Positions 35,501 through 47,300 of a stretch of DNA of 64,000 bases are shown here, one piece after another. Where the stretch lies: positions 51,460,001 through 51,524,000 of the forward strand of contig NW_027362767.1 of assembly GCF_046119375.1 (NCBI RefSeq). The letters are read 5' to 3'. The notes under the pieces are model-generated. The model was not told where the DNA came from, did not search any database, and worked only from the letters and a program-made list of their open reading frames with translations. Within the stretch, counting starts at the first letter, position 1; each line of letters opens with the position of its first letter. The translations under genes were made by a program, and so were the position numbers. This DNA comes from Phyllobates terribilis (Eukaryota).

Positions 35501-36230
35501 GAGGAGAGGTGTACAGGTAGAGGAGAGGTGTACAGGTAGGTAGAGGGGAGTACAGGTAGAGTGGAGGTGAACAGGAAGAAGGAAGGTGTACAGGTAGGTA
35601 GAGGGGTGGTGTACAGGTAGAGGTGTACAGGTAGATTGGAGGTGTACAGGTAGGTAGAGGGGAGGTGTACAGGTAGAGGGGAGTATGAGTACAGGTAGAG
35701 GTGTACAGGTAGGTAGAGGGGAGTACAGGTAGAGTGGAGCTGTACAGGTAGGTAGAGGTGTACAGGTAGAAGGAAGGTGTACAGGTAGGTAGAGGGGCGG
35801 TGTACAGGTAGAGGGGAGCTGTACAGGGGAGGTGTACAGGTAGAGGGGAGTATGAGTACAGGTAGAGGAGAGGTGTACAGGTAGAGTGGAGGTGTACAGG
35901 TAGGTAGAGGGGAGTACAGGTAGAGTGGAGCTGTACAGGTAGGTAGAGGGGAGGTGTACAGGTAGGTAGAGGGGAGGTGTACAGGTAGGTAGAGGGGAGG
36001 TGTACAGGTAGAAGGAAGGTGTACAGGTAGGTAGAGGGGTGGTGTACAGGTAGAAGGAAGGTGTACAGGTAGAAGGAAGGTGTACAGGTAGGTAGAGGGG
36101 TGGTGTACAGGTAGAAGGAAGGTGTACAGGTAGGTAGAGGGGTGGTGTACAGGGGGAGGTGTACAGGTAGAGGGGAGTATGAGTACAGGTAGAGGGGTGG
36201 TGTACAGGTAGGTAGAGAGGACATCTGCAC
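32545..36230. repeat. Purine-rich modular satellite, block 2
   Basis: Same modules as block 1, grading after about 35030 into GTACAGGTAGGTAGAGGGG / GAAGGAAGGT variants. Confidence 0.95.
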
Positions 36231-37224
36231 AGTAGACGGTAGGAGTACAGAGCCAGGAGGAGGCCTGGGTAGAGGGGTCTGTAGCTACACAGCCACATAT
36301 CTGACAGTCTGCAATTCACTGCGAGTGCCGAGGCCGTTCTATCAGAGACAGCATTAGAGTGTACCAGGTCCAGTATGGAGAACAATAAGTGGATGTTCAC
36401 ACTATACATTTTCATGGCATTTCTAGTTGTAATTTTCTAAAATCAGGATAACATCTTAGGAGTATAAATTGCTGCAAAACACCACATTTTTTACAGTGGA
36501 AAATAACGGGATGAAAAGAAAGTGCGACAAGACTGCGTAGTGTGAACATATCCTTATAGTGCAGGGAGTCTGGTGCTTTATTTCTCGGTGCACAGATCCG
36601 AGTGGCCGGCTGCTGCTATTCGCACAGAATCCGCTCGTGTCTCGGAAGTAGGAGGACGATCCTTCGCTTTTCTAAGATAGGAGACATAAACTTCTGATTT
36701 TCTGCGACTTTCTGGTGCGGGGACTTTGTGTATCTGCGACATGGTGGAAAGTCACGCCAATAGGTTTTCCTCCCTCCCTGCTGTCCTGCGGGACTACGTT
36801 TACCTACGTATCACACGTCTATCAGCCACCACAGCACCAATCATGGGGAGAGGACAGCGGTGGATGCTTCACACGTGGCGCCACCCTTCAATGTCTAAAT
36901 ATTTTTATTCATTATTGTACAATAAAAGTAACTAAACAGAAAACAACATTATCCCAGGGTGGAAATGTATCAGCAGTAACTCCGGGCGCTCTGCCAGAAA
37001 AACTCCTGTTAACCAAACAAGTCCTACTAGTCACGTCACCGCACCGCAGGGGTGGGCCGCTGACGTACGGCTGGGACACCCACCCGCCTGTAGGGGCCAA
37101 CTCCTGCTTATTATGGAGACCATTGTGGTCTCGCTGCAGGACCCCCAATGCTTCTATAACATATTTGATTTACATTTCTGAGACCACCCTTTACACAGCA
37201 GAGTGAACGCTTTATATCCTTAAA

Positions 37225-38156
37225 TTAGAAGACAATATATAAAAATATATGTTCATTTCTATTAACAAAACATTGAAAAATTAACAATATATAGAAAAGT
37301 CCCAAAAAAATCAGTGGCAGGATAATGTGCATGGGTTCATCTGTATCAATACGAAAAGGCCGAAGATAGACGGTGATTACTGGCGTCTGTGATAACGGCT
37401 CCGCGGCACCTTGTGGCCACGTGTAGGAACACTGGATTTCCTTGGTGACTTTTGTCGCAGGATAACACATTCACTGTCCGTAGATGCAATATAGCCGCAG
37501 ACATTACTGCAGAAGACATTTATCCTGGGGCCGGTGGCGCCTCTGGATGTCAGATTAGATGTAGATTTGACCCATCTCTGAGACACGGAGGATTTACCTA
37601 TAGGATATACCCAAGATAAGCAGCGGTGCGAATATTCTGGACTGAAGGTGACATCTGCCTAAAATGTAACTGATGACAATATATTTTTTATTGTCAGAAC
37701 AACATCAGAGGGGGCCGGTGAGCGCAGACCACCACCATTATATAGAAAGAAGGGGCCATTACGCTCCACAGAGCCCCAAACCTTTATTCCTGGATACAGA
37801 GGTGATTGCACAAAGTCCTTGTTCTGGTTCGTGTTGCCGCTCCTCCACTTTGTACATTGTGAGGGTCTGGCAGATGTGGCCCTCGCTGTGGGTTAGAAGG
37901 TGAGATGCAGAGTTCGGAGATACGCAGTTTTCTATAGATTGACTTCATGTAAATCCGTCCCGATTCTGAGCTCGTGTGAATATGGCGGCGATCACGTAAA
38001 AGATTTAGTCGTGTGATCGGCTGATATGTGCCGGGTAGGAGCCAGGTGCTGCCGGTAACAAGATACTCACAAGCCGAAATCAGCAAATACATTCAAAGCT
38101 TGCAAAGTCTGCTCCGCTGCTCCCTCAGAGAAACCGGCAAGGTCCATTTTCCCCAT
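37225..38156 (-). other. Candidate unannotated small spliced gene or lncRNA (4 putative exons)
   Basis: TATAAAG at 38243-38249(-). Putative exons: <38156-38071 (donor GTGAGT), 37885-37782 (acceptor TTCTAACCCACAG, donor GTTTGG), 37658-37598 (acceptor ATTTTAG, donor GTAAAT) and 37340-> (acceptor TTGATACAG). AATAAA at 36904-36909(-). No homology recognised. Confidence 0.25.
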
Positions 38157-38325
38157 GAAATCTGCTCATCGCTGTCCACTGAGGAAAGACAATGAACCGT
38201 CCCCGGCCTGATCATAGAGGAAGACTTTGAAAACAGCTTCCCCTTTATACTCCCGGCCCACCGAAAAAAACCCTGTCCACAAGCAATGATTGACAGAATT
38301 TAAGGAGAGACATCAATCCGAATAC

Positions 38326-40625
38326 AAGACTCCCAGGCTTTCCCTATGAATAGGGGAGGGGGGGGGGATGCAGGACTCCCAGGCTTTCCCTATGAATAGG
38401 GGAGGGGGGGGGATGCAGGACTCCCAGGCTTTCCCTATGAATAGGGGAGGGGGGGGGATGCAGGACTCCCAGGCTTTCCCTATGAATAGGGGAGGGGGGG
38501 GGATGCAGGACTCCCAGGCTTTCCCTATGAATAGGGGAGGGGGGGGGGGGGTGCTGGACTCCCAGGCTTTCCCTATGAATAGGGGAGGGGGGGGGGGGGT
38601 GCTGGACTCCCAGGCTTTCCCAATGAATAGGGGAGGGGGGGATGCAGGACTCCCAGGCTTTCCCAATGAATAGGGGAGGGGGGGATGCAGGACTCCCAGG
38701 CTTTCCCAATGAATAGGGGAGGGGGGGATGCTGGACTCCCAGGCCTTCCCTATGAATAGGGGAGGGGGGGATGCAGGACTCCCAGGCTTTCCCTATGAAT
38801 AGGGGAGGGGATGCAGGACTCCCAGGCTTTCTCTATGAGTAGTGGGGGGGGGGGGATGCAGGACTCCCAGGCTTTCCCTATGAATAGGGGAGGGGATGCA
38901 GGACTCCCAGGCTTTCTCTATGAGTAGTGGAGGGGATGCAGGACTCCCAGGCTTTCTCTATGAGTAGTGGGGGGGGGATGCAGGACTCCCAGGCTTTCCC
39001 TATGAATAGGGGAGGGGGGGGATGCAGGACTCCCAGGCTTTCCCTATGAATAGGGGAGGGGGGGATGCAGGACTCCCAGGCTTTCCCAATGAATAGGGGA
39101 GGGGGGGATGCAGGACTCCCAGGCTTTCCCAATGAATAGGGGAGGGGGGGATGCTGGACTCCCAGGCTTTCCCTATGAATAGGGGAGGGGGGGATGCAGG
39201 ACTCCCAGGCTTTCCCTATGAATAGGGGAGGGGATGCAGGACTCCCAGGCTTTCTCTATGAGTAGTGGGGGGGGGGGATGCAGGACTCCCAGGCTTTCCC
39301 TATGAATAGGGGAGGGGATGCAGGACTCCCAGGCTTTCTCTATGAGTAGTGGAGGGGATGCAGGACTCCCAGGCTTTCTCTATGAGTAGTGGGGGGGGGA
39401 TGCAGGACTCCCAGGCTTTCCCTATGAATAGGGGAGGGGGGGGATGCAGGACTCCCAGGCTTTCCCTATGAATAGGGGAGGGGGGGATGCAGGACTCCCA
39501 GGCTTTCCCTATGAGTAGTGGGGGGGGGGATGCAGGACTCCCAGGCTTTCCCTATGAATAGGGGAGGGGGGGGGATGCAGGACTCCCAGGCTTTCCCTAT
39601 GAATAGGGGACGGGATGCAGGACTCCCAGGCTTTCCCTATGAATAGGGGAGGGGATGCAGGACTCCCAGGCTTTCCCAATTAATAGGGGGATGGGTGCAG
39701 GGCTCCCAGGCTTTCCCAATGAGTAGGGGGGGGGATGCAGGACTCCCAGGCGGCTTTCCCTATGAGTAGGGGGATGGGGGGGATGCAGGGCTCCCAGGCG
39801 GCTTTCCCTATGAGTAGGGGGGGGGGGTTGCCGGACTCTCGGACTCTCAAGCTTTCCCTATGAGTGGGGTGGGGGGGGGGGGGGATGCAGGACTCCCAGG
39901 CTTTCTCTATGAGTAGTGGGGGGGAGGGGGAGATGCAGGACTCCCAGGCTTTCCCAATTAATAGGGGAGGGGATGCAGGACTCCCAGGCTTTCCCAATTA
40001 ATAGGGGAGGGGATGCAGGACTCCCAGGCTTTCCCAATTAATAGGGGAGGGGATGCAGGACTCCCAGGCTTTCCCAATTAATAGGGGAGGGGATGCAGGA
40101 CTCCCAGACTCTCCCTATGAATAGGGGAGGGGATGCAGGACTCCCAGGCTTTCCCAATGAATAGGGGGATGGGTGCAGGGCTCCCAGGCTTTCCCTATGA
40201 GTAGGGGGATGGGTGCAGGGCTCCCAGGCTTTCCCTATGAGTAGGGGGATGGGTGCAGGGCTCCCAGGCTTTCCCTATGAGTAGGGGGGTGGATGCAGGG
40301 CTCCCAGGCTTTCCCTATGAGTAGGGGGATGGGGGGGGGGATGCAGGGCTCCCAGGCTTTCTCTATGAGTAGTGGGGGGGGGGATGCAGGGCTCCCAGGC
40401 TTTCCCTATGAGTAGGGGGATGGGGGGGGGAATGCAGGGCTCCCAGGCTTTCCCTATGAGTAGTGGGGGGGGGGATGCAGGGCTCCCAGGCTTTCTCTAT
40501 GAGTAGTGGGGGGGGGATGCAGGGCTCCCAGGCTTTCCCTATGAGTAGTGTGGGGGGGGGGGGATGCAGGGCTCCCAGGCTTTCTCTATGAGTAGGGGGG
40601 GGGGATGCAGGACTCCCAGGCTTTC
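38326..40625. repeat. G-rich minisatellite of about 40 bp, about 55 copies
   Basis: Unit GGGATGCAGGACTCCCAGGCTTTCCCTATGAATAGGGGAGGG(G)n with variable G-run length. Confidence 0.96.
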
Positions 40626-40631
40626 TCTCTG

Positions 40632-40637
40632 TTTATT
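40632..40637 (-). terminator. Likely KLHDC1 polyadenylation signal
   Basis: First AATAAA I found on the minus strand downstream of the stop at 41371. Confidence 0.4.
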
Positions 40638-41164
40638 CTATGCTGGACTGAGACAGATCTGCTGGAGTAAGGCTATTGCACATATCCAGTAACGATCTGT
40701 TAGAATGGAGCCAGAAATCCGTTAAGAAAACAGTTGGGCTGACACAACGTTTTAGTTCGTTATTCTCTAACCGATCTCTGACGAATCAGTTTTTTTAACA
40801 CTAAAGTCAATGACCAACAGATCCGTTAATGTTGTCCATTTCTAACAGATCATTGCTGGACATGTGAACAGAGGCCAAGATGGATTCAGAGGGTTCACTT
40901 TTAAAAATGATTACAAATAACTAGTTTGTAAAACTTCTACATCTAACCAACCTGATGAGTTAAGTGGTTGTCCGGCACTGCGGACGTTGTTTCTGCACAT
41001 GTCTGCCGATCATGAACGCCTCCCGGTAGGAGTCACGCTCCCATTCGATCCATTAGGGCAAGAAACATGTCACATCAGTTATCTACCGAAAACAGCCCTG
41101 CACACCATGTACCCGGCGTCGCACTTCATGCTTCTCGTAACAATGAAAAAAACAGTGCAAATAA

Positions 41165-41352
41165 TCAGTATTCGGTCAGTATTTTTTCTCAGGAGTGGGA
41201 GCCAAAACCAGGTGAGGAACGATCAGAGAAAAGGTATAATAGAAACAAGTCACCAATTCTGCAGTTATCACCCACTCCTGGTTTTGGCTCCCACTCCTGA
41301 GAAAAAATACTGACCGAATACTGAGCAAATACTGATAGTGGGGCCGGGGCCT
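41165..41352. mobile_element. Harbinger-type MITE fragment with perfect 48-bp internal inverted repeat (related copy at about 42145-42295)
   Basis: Arms 41165-41212 and 41277-41324 are exact reverse complements. Ends GGGGCCGGGGCC followed by TTA. Confidence 0.75.
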
Positions 41353-41370
41353 TAGGGTGAGATGTCGCCA

Positions 41371-44300
41371 TCAGCTCTTGTGGTTGTTGATTTCATGACC
41401 TTCCCTTCTGATCTGGCGGAAGTGAGCCGCGGCCCAGAACGTGATCCTCTTCCTGACCTGCTCACGGAGCTTTTGGGGTAAGCAGGATAGTTGGTTTCTT
41501 AACTGGAAAGCGTTCTTCCCAATGCTGTCCAGACACAACCTAAAAAAAAAAAATCCAGGATCAATGCTATGCCGTACCAATACAGTATCTAGAACTGGCC
41601 TTGAGTGGGTTAATCAGAGACAATCAATGGGGAAAAATTGAAATATTTATCTTGCGTATCTCTAACTTTAGGGGACATATGCATCTAGTGAGGACGCAGC
41701 ACATTTCCGTCCATGGTAGGTGAGGCCATCAGCGTTTAATGGCAGACGCTCCGCGCAGGGTCAGGGCTGTCTTATTAATAAACAATAGAAGAGGATTGTT
41801 CTCACCTGAGGAGCGGGTATGGCTGTGTCTGGAAGATGAGCAAGTCATTACAATGACCCTGCAAGAAAGAAAGACATGTTCTCCCGAGTTATAACCAGTA
41901 ATGAAAAGGGGAAAACCTGTGAAATGATCTTACAAAGGTCACTGAAGTGAGTAACGACTGCTGGATGAACGGATTAGAAGAAACCCTCAGTCGCTTTGTA
42001 TCTGCTCAGAGATCGTCCTGTTGTGTCGTGTTCTCAGCAGTCTCAGAGTGCTGCCACCAGGGTTTGGTTTCTTTAGAGATCGCCCAGGTTGTGTCAGCCG
42101 AATCTCCATGCACCGTGAAGTCCGATGCTTGGATTCGGTCTCTTAGGCTGCGGCTCCACTATCAGTATTCGGTCAGTATTGTTTCTCAGGAGTGGGAGCC
42201 AAAACCACGAGTTAGTGATAAATGCAGAATTGGTGACTTCTTTCTATTATACCTTTTCTCTGATTGTTCCTGACCTGGTTTTGGGGCCGTGGCCTTATTC
42301 TACCTGTCTGCATTGACTCTTGTAAATTCTGTTCTCTCCTCATTTGTAATTCACATCTAGCATCTGCACTAGGAAAGCTCCTGACATGTACAAAATAAAA
42401 AATATATATCTATTTTCAGGACTGCCTTTATCCAGTATATGCCAAAGCCGTGTCATTTGTGGCACTTTCGGCAGGTTTACTTTATCTTTTTTTGTTTTCA
42501 ATGGCAGAACATTGGAAACTTCTGTCAGATATACATATATATATACATACATACATACATATACATATATATATATATTATATAATATACACACACATAC
42601 ATACATACAGCTATATATATCAGATAATACATCCGCACATGTCTGTTCACAGATAGCCCCTTCTGTGGGTACAATCATCAGTAGCCATGTTCTGCCTACT
42701 AACCGTGTCTAAGGAGAGCAGGTCGTCCTTGCTGCCACCAAACACCATCACTTCATGATCCGTCCCAGGACAGGCCGTGTGCCACAGTCTAGAAATCAAT
42801 GAAATACTAATTAGTGATCACATCTCTGCGGTCACATCCAGACGCATCCTGTGAAGATTAACCTTCCCGCAAATCAAAACCCAATCAGTCCTAACAATCC
42901 CGAAGCCCAAGACAAATAATGTTGATTTATAATGAAGACAGTGGTTATAGGGGGTTACACAGGAGTAGGAGAAGTCGTCATCTTGCTTCTGGAAACCTCA
43001 CTTTGTAGCTCAGCTCCATTGAAGTGAACGGGGGCGACTGCGATACAACACGACTTTCAGGAGCGTCAGAAGATGTGGCCGCAAAGATCTGTAGAAGGCA
43101 ACATGATGAAGACGCCATCTAGCACATCACAGGGCGTATGACTGGATTTAGTTTCGGTTATGGAGATTTAAGCACATATATTGGGATCAAGAAGAAAATA
43201 TTTCCATTTGAGGGCAGGGTGGTTTATGTCATGGATTACTAAGGGGAAACATTTACATCCCCTCCTATTCCCTTCTGTCAGCTATAGAATAGTCAGGTTT
43301 CTCCTCTATAACTGTGCGGTTTATATACGAGTTATATGGTGGATATAGAGATCAGTAAAGTCTATCCTGTCTATCCACGCTTTGCTTCCTAAAGTCTTGG
43401 CCACCATGGACATGAGATGTACTGACTAAGGCTAGCTTTAGACTCACCTATGAATTAATAGCCTTTGTAACCTTTAGTCTGGCTTTCGTGTGTCCAACAT
43501 TCTCAGTCCGAGTATGGATAATGATGTTCGGACTGGCCACGGGTCTCATGACCCAAACTCTACATCCTCATATATGCCTATGATGTTATGTTCGGGACAG
43601 GAGACCAGTGGCCAGTCTGGATATTGTGGTCCATTTTAGAAGAGTGAAACTGGCTTTAAATGGCACTTGTCAGGTGATTCACGCTGTCCGAATCACAGGC
43701 AGAATAAAGGCAATGGGCAAAAATCTATATATGCACCTGAAAAGCTGCGGAGCAGGAAACAGAGACAAGACATTCATGCGGGAGCCCACGAGCCTCCTCC
43801 ATCCTCTGGCTGAGATCAATAGACAGATCTCCTCCGAGTCCAATGTAGCCGAGTCAGGCTGAGTGAAACACAGACAACAGGGACTAGCCCAGATGAATGG
43901 GTGCCCATTCCCAGCTCCTATGTGAAGGTTCCCTTTAATAGTAATTTTGTTTTAATCACTCCTACTCCGGGAATGAACATGGGTTATAGTTTGCCTTCAG
44001 ACGTGCTGGGCGCTGTGCATTTTAGTTGCCGATGTTGCTCGGTTGCCTCTGCCCAGCATGTAGTTGTGTTTCTGCCGGCCTAATATCAGAGAGAACGGAA
44101 AAGTCGACCCAACAGTGCACTTTAGAGTATGAATAGCATTTTAGGATTTGTCAGTACTTATTAATGTGGCCTTAGACGCCTGTGGACGGATACCCTCTTC
44201 TTCCTCACCTCTTCCTCGCTGGTAGATCTGGCTACAGTGGGGCATCTCTCCTTTGGGCGTCTTTCTCCGGTGAGATGGGGGTGCCTGTCCTGACGTGGCT

Positions 44301-47300
44301 GGTATCTCAGCTCACTCACTCCTACATCGCCCTCATAGCTGCTCTAACTTAGCATCTAAACAGTCTGACAAAGCAGGTTATTCACAAGATATCCATTATT
44401 CTAGTCATGACTAGCATTCCCATCGGATCAAGTCGAGGATGGGCACTAAAGTTCTCTCAAATGCTCAATGGATCCTTTTCTGTACAAAATTAAAGTGTAA
44501 CCCTGACTCAAAACAGAGAAAAACAAGGTAAACTCTAGTGTTCCACTCTTCTAGGACTGACAAAGCAGATAAACGGGGAGATATTTTATGGGGTCCTCAC
44601 AATGGAGAGTTACCTTAATGGTCCTTACACCTATACTTGGCATGTAGGGAAGGGGAAAGCCATGAAGTATTATCCCATCAGGAAGAAAATAGGTCTTTGA
44701 CCTCAAAGTAGCTGTTGTTAAGACCCCTGTACATATTAGAGCAATAGTCCGGCTGACAACCAGAAGAATAAGAAGACCCCATACACATTAGATGGTAGGC
44801 CGACATTGGCGGTTTTGGCATACCAAGTGCATGGGGGCCTCTAATGTGAGAAGATCATCAAAGACCCTTCAAGAATAAAAAGGATCCCTAACAGCTCACC
44901 AGATCTCGGCTTCCTGAACACTTGTAAATGCAACATGGATGGTCAAATATATTGGGAGCTGTCATATCTAAGGATTAGAGTGGAGTTTTGCCGGTCATAC
45001 ACATTAGATGGCTCTCCGTTGAATGACTGGCTTCTCGCTATTTCAGCCGAGCGCTCCTGTACTCTCAGATGACATGTCTGGCGGCAGCTAGTCTCCGGGA
45101 GAACATATGATCGACAGTCTGAAAGTGGACATGCCCAATCGTCATCTCCCCCGCCGATCAGTCAGCTGTCGCCCCCAGACACAATACACTGCAAATTGCA
45201 ATAAATTTCATAGAGATTTCACAGAATTGGTGCAAAGAAGCAACAGAGCTGCTTCCCGACCAATCAGATGCAAGCTCTCATTTTCAGAGGCCCCTTTAAA
45301 AATTAAATAGGCAATCTGATTAGTCGCTGTGGAACACTACACCATTTTTTCCATAGCATCGCTTTTTCTAAATGTCTCCCACTCAGAATATTATACCAAC
45401 ATAGAGTAATAATGCGATTGGAGATAATGTATACACGACGGCATAGTGCGGAGATTCTGGAACGTCTTACCTTGGCTGATCTTTGGGGAGGTGTTTAAAC
45501 TCCGTCCATACATTGCTATTGAGGTTAAAAACCCATCCGTCACCTAAAAAAAAACAAATCACCCTTGGCACGTATGTTCTCTAATAAGTGGATTTAGCAG
45601 AAACTTACATTACTACATGATCCCCAGTGCAGACTGTCCAAGCTACAGGAAACACCTGTCAGGCATTACACCCGGGGATCTGCCAGGAATCACTCACTTA
45701 GAGGTACACTCTCCGCACTGAGACCTCCAAAAAGGAACAACTGATCGTCTCCCACTGGGGTTAATGTATGCCAGGATCTGCCATGGGGGGTTTCTCCAAT
45801 AATTCGGATCCTAAAGTGAGCAGAATACATTTGTATGAGTGATACGTATGCAAGGTGTATGCATGTACGGAGCATGTGCAGTCATTCGCCACCATATTCT
45901 TCCCTGGGAAAAAATTATTGAATTATACATGACTTTTTAAGTGAGTTTTTAGAATAAACTTTCAGCTGTGCACATAAAATTAAGAATATTTCTAGCCATT
46001 ATGTGTCTTAAGATCATATAGAAACAATGTGCGGACAGAGAACGAAGTATAAAATATGTATTTTTATTAATTAAACAATAAAAACAGAAACAGAGACGTG
46101 TAAATTGATGGATGGGTAATTGTGGCAATAGGCAAAAAATGGCACAGAATTATAGCCAGGTTTGTCTAGAGTCTATATACCATGCACAGAATTATATGAA
46201 AACCAAGGTAAAGCAGGGACTGATCAAATGTTATTCATGTTGGTGCAAGCAACATTCACAAAAAGATTGTCATTGATTTATACACTGCAATACCCAAAAC
46301 TCATCAAAGTGTTGTTTGGGCACGATGCCTCCTTGCCACATGAGGAACAAGTAAGAATATGCAATAAGCTATGTCCAGATAAAGTCAGATGATATGTCTT
46401 GGGTGCTGCATGTTGTCACTACTTTACCCTTCTGCATGGCTTCTCTCCAATTTCCAGTTGTCTCTGAGCTGACTGGTGGAGACTAGTTACTAGGATGTGA
46501 ATCATGAAAGCTCCAATGTCACATTCACTTCTAACCGTCTGTGACTGACCTTACACAATCATTTGGGTACACAAACACAGAATTTACCCTTTCTTTCTGC
46601 TTACTAATTAAACTTACCCTCCGGACCAAGTCCACGTGTCCAAGTTCAGAGAATGCAGATCATTCATCCTCGTTTGCTAGAAATAAACAAAACGCTAAAG
46701 TAGATATGAAGCCCAGTAGTTGTAATGAAGGAAATCCTATAGTAAAACAGCAGTGTAAGGTGAAGCTGACCAGAACGCGCCCACCAAACACGTATCCGTT
46801 ACTTCCAAGGAGGGCGCAGGAATGGGCGGCACGGGCTTGAGGGGGGGTGCTCTGTGAATAAGACAAGGGCAGGATATTAGAAGACCCTAAAAGAAAGAGG
46901 TGGCGACTCACGCCATGAAACTTACTTTTACCACAGGCTGTATCCAGGCTTGTTCCTCTGTGTCAAACACGTGGATGTCATTGTTCCATCCCCAAAACAT
47001 CAGACCTTCCTGGAAACAGTACAGTAGGTGAAGTCTAGCTGCAATCATACAGAGGACAGATAATGGTGCACTAAGGTTAGTCCTGCTCCGCTCACTTCCA
47101 CATGGAGAGGTGCATGGGACCGGTGACGTCACATATACCGTTATAAATATATATATATATATATTTATCTGCTAAACAGCCTAAATAGGTCATATGAGTC
47201 AGGGGAGGTATGAAAACATATGCAAAGCCTACAAAAATACACTCCCATACAACAAATAAATGAATAAATCCTTAATGAAAATTTCAGAACAGACACATTT

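Noticed and set aside
29756-36415. Very long minus-strand ORFs (375-1230 aa; LYLYSYSP/STCTPP repeats)
   Set aside because: They are translations of the purine-rich satellite, open in several frames at once only because the modules lack stops on that strand. No domain content.
38313-39997. Repetitive ORFs (MGKPGSPASPPP..., MQDSQAFP...)
   Set aside because: Products of the minisatellite of about 40 bp.
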